Source: an uncultured Thermoplasmata archaeon (lineage in GTDB: Archaea; Thermoplasmatota; Thermoplasmata; Lutacidiplasmatales; UBA184). From it: 64,000 nucleotides of DNA. The stretch is from positions 1,272,545 to 1,336,544 of the forward strand of contig OY970259.1 in the NCBI GenBank assembly GCA_963715645.1, in the 5' to 3' direction. The translations under genes were made by a program, and so were the position numbers. The notes beneath the pieces are model-generated. The model had not been told where the DNA came from, searched no databases, and saw nothing but the letters and a program-made list of their open reading frames with translations. Positions 1-12,898 of the stretch are shown here, one piece after another. Numbering within the stretch: the stretch's first letter is position 1; the number at the start of each line of letters is the position of its first letter.

Positions 1-183
1 CGAAGCCCGGAGCCCGACTCTTCGCGAACGTGGAATTCTACAGCGCACTCGTCCTCGAGGCGGTCGGGCTGCCGCGCAACCTCTTCACGCCGACGTTCGC
101 CGTCGCGCGGACGGCCGGATGGACGGCCCACGCGCTGGAACAGGCCTCCGACAATCGGCTCATCCGGCCCGAAATGGAGTGAC
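1..183 (+). pseudogene. gltA: citrate synthase, C-terminal fragment (5' part outside window), one frame break
   Basis: Frame 3 reads ..NVEFYSALVLEAVGLPRNLFTPTFAVARTAG. Frame 1 continues WTAHALEQASDNRLIRPEME, stop 181-183. An extra T in GGATTGG at about 120 breaks the frame. Confidence 0.8.
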
Positions 184-255
184 GTCGGCCCGGCCAAGGG
201 CCGACGCTGGCCCCGACCACTGCCCGGCCGCTGACCGTCGGGGGTCCGGCCCGGC

Positions 256-2173
256 CTACGGGCTGCCCGGCTCCTTCCCGCCGTCGTCTACGACCTTGAA
301 GTCCGCGTCGACCGGGCCGCTCTGCGAGCTCCCCTCTTCACCGGTCGGGCTCGAGGATTCGTGGTCCGGGGGGGTGGGAGGTGCTCCGGTCGGGGCGCCG
401 CCCTGGGCCGAAGCCGCGGCGCTCTGGTAGAGCTTCTGGGCGATCGCGTGGAGCGCCTTCGTCAGGGCGTCCGTCTGGGCCTGGATCTGAGAGACCGTGG
501 GCTCCGGTGCCTGGAGGGCCTCCCGCAGGGAGGCGACCTTCGCCCGGACGTCGGTTGCGTCGGCCTCCGCGATCTTGTCCTTCGATTCCGTGAGGACTCG
601 TTCCGCCTCGTAGGCGAGCGATTCCGCCTGGTTCTTGGCGGTGACCAGCTCCGCGCGCCCCCGGTCGGAGGCCGCGAACTCTTCGGCCTGCCGGATCATC
701 TTCTGGACCTCGTCCTTCGAGAGCTTGTTCGCTGCGGTGATCGTGATCCCCTGCTTTCGCCCGGTGGCGAGGTCCTTGGCCGAGACGCTCAGGATCCCGT
801 TGGCGTCGATGTCGAACCCCACCTCGATCTGGGGGGTGCTGCGCGGCGCAGGAGGGATGCCGGTGAGCATGAAACTCCCGAGCGCGACGTTGTCCGCCGA
901 GAGCGGGCGCTCGCCCTGGAAGACTTTGATCTCAACCGACGACTGATTGTCGGCCGCGGTCGTGAAGATCTGGCTCTTGCGAGTCGGGATCGTCGTATTG
1001 CGTTCGATCAGCCGGGTGGCGACGCCCCCCATCGTCTCGACGCCGAGCGACAGCGGTGTGACGTCCAGGAGCAGCACGTCCTTCACCTCGCCGGTCAGGA
1101 CGCCTCCCTGGATCGCCGCGCCGAGTGCGACGCACTCCATCGGGTCGACTCCCCGCTCGATCGGCCGTCCGACCGCCTGTTCGAGGAACTTCTGGATGAT
1201 CGGCATCCGGGTCGGGCCACCGACGAGGACGATCCGGTCGATCTGGTCCTTGGCGAGCTTCGCGTCCCGAAGGGCCTGTTCGACCGGGCCCTGACACCGA
1301 TCGACGATCGGCCGGACGAGCTCCTCGAGCTTGGCACGGCTGAGGGTCACGGCGAGGTGCTTCGGCCCCTCGGAGGTGGCGGTCAGGAACGGGAGGTTGA
1401 GCTGCGTCTCGAGGGTGGAGGAGAGCTCGATCTTCGCCTTCTCCGCCGCATCGCGCACCCGTTGCATGGCCATCTTGTCCGAGCGGACATCCACGCCGGA
1501 GTCCTTCTGGAACTCCGCGGCGATCCAGGCGGTAATGGTGTTGTCCATGTCCGTCCCGCCGAGCTGGGTGTCGCCGCTCGTCGAGAGCACCTCGAAGACG
1601 CCGTCCCCGAAATCCATGACCGTGACGTCGAGCGTCCCCCCGCCCAGGTCGAAGACCAGGATCTTCTGGCTCTTGCCTGCCTTGTCGAGGCCATAGGCCA
1701 GGCTGGCCGCCGTCGGCTCGTTGATGATACGCACCACGTCGAGCCCCGCGATCGCTCCGGCGTCTTTGGTCGCCTGACGTTGGTTGTCGTTGAAGTAGGC
1801 CGGTACGGTGATGACCGCCTTCTCGACCTTCTCCCCCAAGAACGCTTCCGCGTCGCGCTTGATCTTCTGGAGGAGGAAGGCGGAGAGTTGCTGGGGGGTG
1901 TACTGTTTGCCGTGGAGTCGTGTACTTGTATTCCGTTCCCATCTTCCGCTTGAAGGCGGTGACCGTCCCTTCCGGGTTCGAGATCGCCTGGCGACGGGCG
2001 GGCTCCCCGACGATCAGCTGACCGTCCTTGGTGAACGCGACGTAGGAAGGGAAGGCCTTGCCTCCGCCCACCGTCGTCCCCTCGGCGCTGGGGACGATTA
2101 CGGGACGGCCGCCTTCGAGGAAAGCGGCGGCCGAATTGCTGGTGCCCAGGTCGATTCCGATGATCTTTGCCAT
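256..2173 (-). pseudogene. dnaK: Hsp70 chaperone DnaK, one frame break near 1905-1915
   Basis: ORF 932..2173 starts [20 protein letters not shown] 256..1839 carries [34 protein letters not shown]. Corrected junction reads ..[35 protein letters not shown]. Confidence 0.93.
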
Positions 2174-2251
2174 TGCGTTCTTCCTGGAGGTGGGAGGCCC
2201 ACATAGGGGCCGCCGTCCCTCCGATTTACGCGATAACTAACCCATCACTAC

Positions 2252-2262
2252 TATAAAAATAA
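2252..2262. promoter_or_regulatory. AT-rich TATA-like element in the dnaK/permease divergent intergenic region
   Basis: TATAAAAATAA is the only strongly AT-rich patch in this GC-rich spacer, about 80 nt upstream of the dnaK ATG (2173). It could serve either strand. Confidence 0.4.
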
Positions 2263-2450
2263 GGCGGATTCGCGCGCGTAGGGAACCCGTGCGCCGTGAG
2301 GCCCCACGCGTGAATCCATGGGCGACCGGGAGAATGAGCCGGCGAAGACCTCCAACTCGAGACTCCCGAGCTCCCCGCCTCTAAGTAGAGAGCGAGGTTG
2401 CCGCGGTCCGAAGGCGGTTTCTTACGAATCCGATTGCCGCGCTCCTCCTC

Positions 2451-3728
2451 GTGGTCGTCTTCGGCGCGGTGATCGTCCGCCAGGTCACCGGGCGGGGTCC
2501 TCCGATCTGGGCGCTCCTCGTCGCAGGGGCGTTCGCGACCGTCGCCGCGGGGATCCTCTCCGCGTCCGAAGCCGAGACGTCGATCACCACCTCCGCACCG
2601 ACGTTGGTCTTCCTCCTCTCTCTGTTCCTCTTCGCGGGAGCCCTCGACGGGGCGGGAGTGCTCGACCACCTGGCCCGCTGGATCCTGAGCCGGCCCAGCA
2701 AGCCGTCCGACCTGCCCTTCCATCTCTTCGTCGGCATCGGGCTCGTTTCGACCGTCCTCGTGAACGACGCCCTGGTCGTGATCGGTGCTCCGCTCCTGAT
2801 CGGTGTGGCCTCCCGCCTCAGGGCTGACCCGAAACCGCTTCTCTTGATCCTCGCGTTCTCGGTGACGGTCGGCAGCATGTTGACCCCCTTCGGGAATCCG
2901 CAAAACCTGCTGGTCGCGGTGGCGAGCGGGGTCCCGTCGCCCGTCACGACCTTCCTTCGGTACCTCGCGATCCCGACGGCCATCAACCTCCTGATTGGGG
3001 GCTGGTACGTCCGATGGGTCTACGGGTCGAAGCTCCCCTCGACTCCCTCGCCGACCGGGCCTTCGGGGGAGCGGCTCCAGCTGTTCCCCGAACACGGGTG
3101 GGCCCAGCGGCTTCGTTCGTATCCGGTACTCCTGGTCTTCCCCGGCACGATGACTGTGCTCGTTACACTCGACATTACGTCGGCGGTGACCCGCGGACCC
3201 GAGGTTCCGATCTGGGAGGTTGCGCTCGCGGGCGCGGTCCTGCTCCTCCTCCTCAGCCCGGGGCGGTCGCAGACCGTGCAGCGGGTCAACTGGTCAATCC
3301 TGCTGCTCTTTGCGGGCCTGTTCGTGGTCGTGGCGGGTGCGGTCGAGGGCGGAGTGATCGCGGCCCTCGTTGGGATATTCCCGGTTCCCGGCCCTGGCCA
3401 TCCCGGCGGTGCCCTCCTCGCCGTCGTAGGCACCTCGATAGTGGGGTCCCAGCTCGTCAGCAACGTACCGTGGGTCGCGCTCCAGATCCCAATCCTCTCA
3501 GGGCTCGGGTATGGCGCGGGCACTCCGCTCATCTGGACGGCCCTGGCGGCGAGCAGCACGCTCGCCGGCAACATTACCCTCCTCGGGGCTGTGAGCAACC
3601 TCATCGTGGTGGACGCCGCGGAGCGGCTCGGGATCCGCATCCGTCTCTCCGAGTTCGCCCGTCACGGCCTCCCCATCGCGGGGATCACCATCGCGGTGCT
3701 CGTCCTTTGTCTAGCGGTCGGGCTCTAG
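2451..3728 (+). CDS. ArsB/NhaD-superfamily (CitMHS-like) anion permease
   Basis: Intact 425-aa polytopic membrane ORF with family-like stretches ..LVNDALVVIGAPLL.. and ..GSMLTPFGNPQNLLVA... GTG start; N-terminus could lie further upstream. Confidence 0.75.
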   Translation: MVVFGAVIVRQVTGRGPPIWALLVAGAFATVAAGILSASEAETSITTSAPTLVFLLSLFLFAGALDGAGVLDHLARWILSRPSKPSDLPFHLFVGIGLVSTVLVNDALVVIGAPLLIGVASRLRADPKPLLLILAFSVTVGSMLTPFGNPQNLLVAVASGVPSPVTTFLRYLAIPTAINLLIGGWYVRWVYGSKLPSTPSPTGPSGERLQLFPEHGWAQRLRSYPVLLVFPGTMTVLVTLDITSAVTRGPEVPIWEVALAGAVLLLLLSPGRSQTVQRVNWSILLLFAGLFVVVAGAVEGGVIAALVGIFPVPGPGHPGGALLAVVGTSIVGSQLVSNVPWVALQIPILSGLGYGAGTPLIWTALAASSTLAGNITLLGAVSNLIVVDAAERLGIRIRLSEFARHGLPIAGITIAVLVLCLAVGL

Positions 3729-3832
3729 CAGCTGCAGGGACGGCGAGTGCCGACCCGCGGGACTTTGGGAATGCGTCGGTCCCGCGACCCTGCCTGGGAT
3801 GTTGTCGGGGGGGTGAGAGTAGGGCCGGAGGG

Positions 3833-3851
3833 GGGCGGGGTCGGCCCGCCC
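3833..3851. terminator. GC hairpin between convergent genes
   Basis: GGGCGGG-GTCGG-CCCGCCC: perfect 7-bp stem, 5-nt loop, between the permease stop (3728) and the kinase stop (3922). Confidence 0.3.
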
Positions 3852-3921
3852 ACCTCGGGATCCCCCCTGTCGAGCACACGCGAACCGACCACGGCCCTCT
3901 TTAGGGGGGGTCGGAGGGGGC

Positions 3922-4452
3922 TCACTTCGTCAGAGAACCAGGTTTCCCTTCCCCAAGCCGCCAGGATCCGGGGAGGCGGGAGACGATCTCTCCGACCACG
4001 GTGCCCACCGGGCGGGTCGCATCTACCCCGAGCCCCCATTCGAACTCGGTGGACTTCGCATACACCTCTCTCGCCGCCTCACCCCCATGGGGTTCCGTGC
4101 GACGCCCGTCCCGCTGAATGCATACCTCTAGCGGGGCTTTCAGGGTGAAGACAAAATTCGGATAGTCGAGTCGGTCGATTAGATCCTTGATTTGCGACTC
4201 GTAGTAGAAGTTTCCATCGAAAATCACCGGAGTACGTCGGGCCAAGAATACCTGGGCCCGCTCGGCGGCGAAATCATTCGCTCGGAGGAAGCTCTTCCGC
4301 GAGATGTACCCCTCCTCCCACTCTTCCAGGCCGTGTTCCTCCAGGATTCGGTCGATGAGGATGTGTTCGGCCCCGATCACTTTCGCCAGTCGATGGGCAA
4401 CGGTGGTCTTGCCAACCCCCAACGGTCCTCGGACGATGACGAGGAAGACCAT
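3922..4452 (-). CDS. P-loop NTPase / AAA_33-type kinase-like protein
   Basis: Walker A GPLGVGKTT directly after MVFLVIVR. The ORF extends to 4524, but the Met at 4452 fits the family N-terminus. Confidence 0.7.
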   Translation of the reverse strand: MVFLVIVRGPLGVGKTTVAHRLAKVIGAEHILIDRILEEHGLEEWEEGYISRKSFLRANDFAAERAQVFLARRTPVIFDGNFYYESQIKDLIDRLDYPNFVFTLKAPLEVCIQRDGRRTEPHGGEAAREVYAKSTEFEWGLGVDATRPVGTVVGEIVSRLPGSWRLGEGKPGSLTK

Positions 4453-4601
4453 GAACCGACCCGTCGCCGGTGTTGGACGGCATTCCCGGCGGATAACTCC
4501 CCCTATCGGACGGTCCTTGTCCAACTAACTTGAGGCCCGGATGCACCTCGTCCGAGGGATCAGGAGCATCCCCCAGGCGCATTCGGGCCCCACCCGGGCG
4601 G

Positions 4602-5422
4602 ATGCCGTTTTGTCCCGGAGCCCGCTCCGGGGATGTGGCTGGGTGGGTCGGGCGGGAGCCCTCGGTGGTCTTCTTCGACCTGGACGACACGATCTTCGAC
4701 CATTCGTTGACCTGCCGGGCCGCCCTGCGCGAGCTCCGTCGGGCCGAGCCTCGGTTGGGCGTCCTGCCACTGGACCGATTGTGGCGGAGTTACCTCGAAC
4801 GCCTGGAGGGGGAGAGCTTGACGCTCGGGCCTGTCGGCCGACCCCCCTCGGTCTACGAGGAAGCCCGAGCGGCCCGGTTCCGGGCCCTCGCCGCCGCCTC
4901 CGGATGGGCCTGTTCGAGCTCGGAGGCTCGGGAGCTCTCGGCACGGTATCGGAAGCATTACCAGCGTCTGCGTCGCGCTGTACCGGGCGCCGTCGAGCTG
5001 GTCCATCGGGTGGCACGCACCCGCCGAGTCGGGATCGTCACGAACAACCAGGTCGCCGAGCAGGTGGCCAAGGTGGGCTTCCTCGGTCTCACGAAGACAA
5101 TCGACTACCTGATCATCTCGGAGGCGATCGGCGCGGAGAAACCCGACCGCGCCATCTATCGCGCGGCCCTCGCGGAGGCCCGGGTTCGTCCGCGCGACGC
5201 CGTCATGGTGGGAGACTCCTGGACGAACGACGTCCTGGGCGCCCGCGCGTCGGGGATCCGCCCGGTGTGGTTCAATCGGTTCCGGCGACCCCGACCGACG
5301 AGGCACCGGGTCGCGGAGCTCGCCTCGTTCCGCCCGTCGGGTCCCGCCGAGCAGGTCCTCCGCCGCGGGGCCTCCTCCCCGCTCGGTCCGGTCCTGGCGA
5401 CCTCGCCGCGCGCATTATATGA
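4602..5422 (+). CDS. HAD-superfamily hydrolase (subfamily IA-like); 3' end uncertain
   Basis: Motif I FFDLDDTI, motif II VGIVTNN, motifs III/IV K..GDSWTNDV. The reading frame has no stop until 7079. A stop in frame 2 at 5420-5422 forms an ATGA overlap with the next gene, suggesting a terminal frame break. Confidence 0.75.
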
Positions 5423-6639
5423 GGGCCCCAGTTCGACGTCCGATGCCCGGTGCCTGGGAGCCGTGGACGCCGCGGGCCCGACGCGCCCTGCCCGCGATGC
5501 GGGCCTGGCGGACCGCGTTCCACCAGGAACCCGAGCTTTCTCTGCACGAGGAGCGGACCCGGGAGAAGGTCGTTCGCGCCCTCGAGGAGATGAACATCCC
5601 CCACCGGACCTTCGCGAAGGGCTACGGCGTCGTCGGCCTCGTCGGGGGGGACCGGACCGGACCGGTCGTCGCCCTCCGAGCCGACATGGATGGGCTCCCC
5701 GTAACCGAAGCCACCGGTCTATCCTTCGCCTCCCGATTCCCCGGGCGGATGCACGCCTGCGGGCACGACGTCCATATGGCAAGCCTCCTGGGGGCAGCGG
5801 CGATCCTCCAACGCCCTCCTCGGCCCTTGGCGGGACCCGTGAAGCTGATCTTCCAACCGGCCGAGGAGGAGGGTCGGGTCGGGGGCGCGCTCGCCCTCAT
5901 CCAACAGGGATGCCTGGAGGACCCGCGGGTAGATTTCGTCGTGGGCCAGCACGTCATCCCGAGCCTCCCGCTGGGCCAGGTCGGCTGGAAGGCCGGCCCG
6001 ATGATGGCCGCGGCCGACGCCTTCCGGATCACGGTCCGAGGGAAGGGAGGTCACGCCGCGACCCCCCACCAGGGGCCGGACGCGGTGGTCGTCGCGAGCG
6101 AGATCGTCCTCGGCATGCAGGCGTTGGTCAGCCGGGTCCGCGACCCGATCGAGCCCGCGGTCATCAGCGTCGGCTCCGTCCACGGAGGCACGCGCAACAA
6201 CATCCTACCGGAGGAGGTCGTCCTCGAAGGGACGGTCCGCACCCTGAGTGCCGCGACCCGGAGCGTCTTGGAGAACGCCCTGCGCCGCCGGGTCCGCTCG
6301 ATCGCGGCGAGCCTCGGCGCGAAAGTGCGGATCGCCTACATCGCGGGGTACCCCCCGCTCGTGAACGACCCTGCGGCGACTCGGAGCGTCGCGGCCGCCC
6401 TGGCCCGCGAGTTCGGCCGGGAATCGACGGTGGGAATCGAACAGCCGATGATGGGAGCGGAGGACTTCGCCCGGTACCTCGAGCGGGTTCCGGGCACGTT
6501 CCTCCGTCTCGGGGTCGGGGTTTCCGGTCGACCGGCGAGCCTGCACTCCGCCACGTTCGCACCCGACGAGCGGGCCCTCGTCGTCGGGGCGGCGACCCTC
6601 GCGGCGGCCGCCGAGGGCCTGCAACGGGAGGCGGGGTGA
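5419..6639 (+). CDS. M20/M25/M40 family amidohydrolase (N-acyl-amino-acid amidohydrolase / carboxypeptidase-like)
   Basis: Intact 406 aa with ..VVALRADMDGLP.., ..MHACGHDVH.., ..VGSVHGGTRNNILPEEV... Confidence 0.85.
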   Translation: MRAPVRRPMPGAWEPWTPRARRALPAMRAWRTAFHQEPELSLHEERTREKVVRALEEMNIPHRTFAKGYGVVGLVGGDRTGPVVALRADMDGLPVTEATGLSFASRFPGRMHACGHDVHMASLLGAAAILQRPPRPLAGPVKLIFQPAEEEGRVGGALALIQQGCLEDPRVDFVVGQHVIPSLPLGQVGWKAGPMMAAADAFRITVRGKGGHAATPHQGPDAVVVASEIVLGMQALVSRVRDPIEPAVISVGSVHGGTRNNILPEEVVLEGTVRTLSAATRSVLENALRRRVRSIAASLGAKVRIAYIAGYPPLVNDPAATRSVAAALAREFGRESTVGIEQPMMGAEDFARYLERVPGTFLRLGVGVSGRPASLHSATFAPDERALVVGAATLAAAAEGLQREAG

Positions 6640-7862
6640 GCTTCGCCGCACGCCGCTCCGACTTCCCGGCGCTGCGCCCCCGCAAGGACGGGTTCGCTCC
6701 GGTCTACCTCGATTCGGCGTGCATGTCGCTCGTGCCGCAGGCCGTGCTCGACGCGAGCGAGGCCTATTACCGGGACTTCCCCGGTTGTGCCGGGCGGAGC
6801 CTCCATCGGTTCGCCGAGGAGGTCGGACGCCGGTACGAGGAGGTCCGCACCCTCTTCGCCGAACGCCTTGGGCTGCCGGACCCTCGGGGGATCGTCTTCC
6901 TACGGAATTCGACCGAGGCGATCAACCTGGTCGGACAGGGGCTCGACTGGAGGCCCGGCGAGCGGGTGCTCATCTCGGACCGGGAACACAACTCCAACCT
7001 GATCGTCTGGCAACGCCTCGCCCAGGAACGTGGGATCCACGTCGATGTCCTTCCCCTTCCCGGACGACGGCAGCTTTGACGGCGACCTCCTCGAGGATTG
7101 TCTCGCCCGGGGGGTGCGGCTCGTGAGCCTCTTCCATACCTCGAACCTCGACGGGCGAACCCTGCCCCTCCGGGAGGTCACGGAACGCGCGCACGACCGC
7201 GGCGCCCTCGTCCTGGCCGATGGGTGCCAGGCAGCACCGCATGCTCCCACCGAGCTCGCACGCCTCGGGGTCGACTTCTACGCCGTGTCGGGTCACAAGA
7301 TGCTCGGCCCGACCGGTACGGGTGTGCTCGCGGCCTCCCCGGAGCGGCTCGCGACCCTCCGGCCGGTGCTGGTCGGCGGGGAGACCGTGGAATGGAGCAC
7401 CCTCACCGACCATCAGCTCCGGCCCCCCCCGCACCGCTTCGAGGCCGGCCTGCAGAACTATGCCGGGCGTGATCGGGGCCGCGCGCCGCACTTCGCTACC
7501 TCGCCGACCTGGACCCCGCGGAGATGCGAACCCACGAGGTCGGACTGAACGAGCGGTTCACCCGGGCGTTCGCGGGAGAACGGCGGGTGCAGATCCTCGG
7601 ACCGCCGGAGCCCCGCGACCGGCCGAGCCTGATCGCCTTCACGCTCGAGGGCATGGAGTCCGCACGACGCCGCCCTCTTCCTGGACGAGGGGTACGGCGT
7701 CCTGGTGCGTTCCGGACGCCACTGCGTCCACTCGTGGTACGCGGAGCGGGGGATCGCCGGGAACGTCCGCGCCTCGTTCTACTTGTACAACGACCGAAGC
7801 GGACGTGGACGCCCTGGTCGCGGGCGTGCGCGAGCTGCTCGAGCGGGTCCCGTCGACGCTAG
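6636..7862 (+). pseudogene. class V aminotransferase / cysteine desulfurase-like (SufS/NifS family), at least 5 frame breaks
   Basis: GTG start in a GTGA overlap with the M20 stop. Motifs ..VYLDSACMSLVPQAV.., ..FHTSNLDG.., PLP-lysine motif AVSGHKMLGPTGTGVL, ..RSGRHCVHSWY... Breaks near 7060, 7466, 7485, 7660, 7800. 3' end uncertain. Confidence 0.8.
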
Positions 7863-8674
7863 CGGTACATCGGCTGCGGGGTCGACGCCGCCGCTCTCGG
7901 TCCGCGTCCGGTCGGACGCGTGGCGCTGGATCGACAGCAGCTGTTGCTCGATCCGCTCGGCCTCCGCGTAGAGCGGCACGGCGTCGAGCGGCGTCCGCAA
8001 CAGGATCGCGTTGATCGTCTCGATGACCTTCGCCGCGGCACGGGCGTCGGGGTAGTCGGACTGGGCTTCGGCGAGGAACGTGAGGACGTCGAAACCGCGG
8101 CGCCGGCCCTCGTTCAGGAGGACCCCGGCGATCCCGGTGATGACCCCCTCGGCGAACGGGATCATGTTCGGCTCGATGTACAGCTCGCGGGCTTTCCGGG
8201 TGCTCGCGACCCCGTAGACCTTCACGTCGTTGAGCGCGGGGGCCGCGGCCCTTCCGCCGGTCGAGGGTCCGGCCTCCACCACCAGCCCTTCGGGGGAGAC
8301 CAGGAGGGAGCACCGCTGCTCCTGGACCCAGTCGAGGATCGCCGTGGCGAGCGGGTGGATGATCGCGGGCGCAGGGTGGAATTCCGAGACGAACGCGACG
8401 AGCTTGTCGGCCCCGCGGCCCGTGCGGTCGGCCGGAGGGCGGCCGGCGTAGATCCGGACGGGGTGCTGGGGGTTGCCGTTCCGGACGAGCGAGACCGTCG
8501 GGAAGGCCGGGGACTCGACGATGCCGATCTGCTCCATCTCGAGCGTATCGATGAGGTAGTTCGCGACGATCGAGCTCACGAGGCCGACCGACGGGAAGCC
8601 GTCGATGACGATGGCCCCTCCACGTCGACGCGCTTGATCTCGTAGATCTTGACCTGGTCCGGGGCCATCGGCAT
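7779..8674 (-). pseudogene. PAC2-family proteasome-assembly-chaperone-like protein, frame break near 8625; 3' end uncertain (7779 or 7859)
   Basis: MPMAPDQVKIYEIKRVDVE then ..IVIDGFPSVGLVSSIVANYLID.., ..VYGVASTRKARELY.., ..GITGIAGVLLNEGRRRGFDVLTFLAEA... Confidence 0.75.
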
Positions 8675-8677
8675 CGG

Positions 8678-8996
8678 TTAGAGCGACCTCTCCACGATGT
8701 GCCCGAGCTCCTTCGAGAGCAGCTCCACGAGGTCCTTCGGTCAGCGCGCGCCGGACGTCCGGGGGAAGCGCGGAGAGCCCGAGCCGGGCGGTCGCCGTCC
8801 CGACCCGGAGGAGCGCGGCATACTCCGTCGCGCGGGCCTCGAGGAGGTCGCGGACCGCGTCCTTGAGGTCCTGCGCGAGCTTCGGGTTCTCCTGCAGCGT
8901 CTTCTCGAGATGGCGTCGGATCTCGTCCTTGACGATGTCGCGGGTCGCCTCACGGACGAGCTCCTCGGGACGCAGGAGGTCCCGCGTGCTCTTCAC
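8678..8996 (-). pseudogene. conserved-looking hypothetical protein (about 105 aa), frame break near 8745
   Basis: ..STRDLLRPEELVREATRDIVKDEIRRHLEKTLQENPKLAQDLKDAVRDLL.. then ..DLVELLSKELGHIVERSL, stop TAA at 8678-8680. An alternative ATG at 9037 is reachable with one more frame correction. Confidence 0.45.
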
Positions 8997-9211
8997 GAGC
9001 AGGTCGATCGGCTCGCCGGCGACGCGCCTTCCGCCATCGAGCGGCGAAGCCGGGCCGCAGGGATAAGGGTTTGCCGCACCTCACGCAGACGGGCCCGGGT
9101 CGTCCCCGGACGGTGCGACCCCCGTCGGCCGCGCGCCGGTCACCCGCGAACCGGGACAGCGGGCCGGGAGGGGTTCCGGGTCGCGACATCGGCCGCCGCG
9201 CGAGAGAAGAG

Positions 9212-9217
9212 TTTATC
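9212..9217 (+). promoter_or_regulatory. TATA-like element upstream of tRNA-Ala
   Basis: TTTATC centred about 29 nt upstream of the tRNA 5' end (9244). Confidence 0.4.
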
Positions 9218-9243
9218 CCGCGCCGGGCGTCCGAGCGGCCCGT

Positions 9244-9347
9244 GGGCCGGTAGATCAGCGGAAGATCGCTACCTTGGCAAGGTAGAGGTCGCGAGTTCAA
9301 AGGGGCCGGGGCCGTGGGCCCCGACCCGGAGACTCTCGCCCGGTCCA
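9244..9347 (+). tRNA. tRNA-Ala (anticodon GGC) interrupted by a 31-32-nt insertion in the T-loop
   Basis: Manual fold:
- acceptor GGGCCGG/CCGGTCC, including the G3:U70 alanine identity pair;
- D arm GATC-AGCGGAA-GATC;
- anticodon arm CTACC-TTGGCAA-GGTAG;
- variable AGGTC;
- T stem GCGAG...CTCGC;
- discriminator A; no encoded CCA. Confidence 0.85.
9302..9333 (+). other. putative non-canonical tRNA intron in the T-loop
   Basis: GGGGCCGGGGCCGTGGGCCCCGACCCGGAGAC sits between TTCAAA and T-CTCGC. It contains a GGGGCC..GGCCCC hairpin. The exact junction is ambiguous (56/57 to 59/60), because both TTCAAAT and TTCGACT are valid T-loops. Confidence 0.65.
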
Positions 9348-9447
9348 CTCCCCTCCCTCGCCTCGAGGCGTGTCGGCGTCTGTCGAGCCCGCCCACCGAC
9401 ACGCGAACCCTAGGGCTTTATACCGCGGCGTCGCTCGGGCCCAAGCC

Positions 9448-10128
9448 GTGGAGGCCGAGCTCCGCGAAAAGATCGCGGGCGAGGTGGTCCTGTCCCCCCA
9501 TCCGGGACGCACGCTGCGCAAGTGGCGGGAGGACTTCGGCATCTCGCAACGCGACCTCGCGAAGCAGCTCGACGACGGTCCCGTCCGTCATCAGCGACTA
9601 CGAGTCGGAGCGCCGGGCGAGCCCCGGGGCCGGGTTCATCCGCCGGTACGTCGACGGCCTGCTCGCCCTCGACGCCCAGAACGGCGGGCGCGATCGGCCA
9701 GCGGCTCGGGCGTCCGCGCCCACTCCGACGGGATCCTGGGGATGCGCGAGTTCGCGGTCGCGATCCCGCTGAAGGCCGCTCGCCGACCGGCTCGACGCGC
9801 GGCCGGTCAGCCGCGTCGACCTCCACCGCGACATCCACGGCTTCACGGTCCTCGACGCGCCCCGCGCGATCCTCTCGATCGACGCGTCCCGGTTCGTGGA
9901 GGTCTACGGCTGGACCACCCAGCGGGCCCTCATCTTCTCGAACGTGAAGTACGGGCGCTCCCCGATGGTCGCGATCCGGGCCCATCCGCTCAAGCCCGCG
10001 GCGGTCGTCTTCGCGGCCCCGGGCGGGTCGACCCCCTCGCGATCCGCCTCTCCGAGGTGGAGAACATCCCGCTCCTGACGACGGCGCTCGCCGCGCCGGC
10101 GGTGCTCGAGCGGCTCGAGGAGCTCTAG
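9448..10128 (+). pseudogene. XRE-type HTH transcriptional regulator (archaeal COG1395-like), at least 5 frame breaks
   Basis: ..LRKWREDFGISQRDLAKQL.. then ..PSVISDYESERRASPGAGFIRRYVDGLLALD.., ..DIHGFTVLDAPRAILSIDASRFVEVYGWTTQRALIFSNVKYGRSPMVAIRAHPLKPAAVVF.., ..LSEVENIPLLTT... Confidence 0.7.
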
Positions 10129-10149
10129 CGCAGGAAAGGACGGAAGACC

Positions 10150-12894
<2,745 letters not shown>

Positions 12895-12898
<4 letters not shown>

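Noticed and set aside
3822-3897. A 75-nt GC-rich segment starting GGGCCGG and ending ACGGCCC, which looked like a tRNA by length and termini.
   Set aside because: There is no D-arm pairing, no T-loop (TTCRANY) on either strand and no anticodon arm. It is a GC hairpin region between convergent genes.
4530-7079. Very long ORFs in the six-frame track: 849 aa at 4530..7079, 983 aa at 20603..23554, 850 aa at 37020..39572, 675 aa at 43012..45039, 668 aa at 46712..48718 and 621 aa at 49288..51153.
   Set aside because: They are stop-poor frames typical of high-GC DNA. Each is a mosaic of short genuinely coding stretches from different genes (for example HAD plus cysteine desulfurase) joined by Arg/Pro/Gly-rich out-of-frame read-through across other genes. 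None is a real giant protein.
7859-7862. CTAG that could serve as a shared, overlapping stop for the convergent aminotransferase (+) and PAC2 (-) genes.
   Set aside because: It depends on unverified frame corrections at both 3' ends. As the sequence stands, neither terminal frame uses these stops.
9302-9333. The insertion in tRNA-Ala as an integration scar (att site) of a mobile element.
   Set aside because: The 3' half of the tRNA occurs only once and directly follows the insert. There is no duplicated tRNA 3' segment, and no integrase or foreign gene nearby. An intron explains it better.
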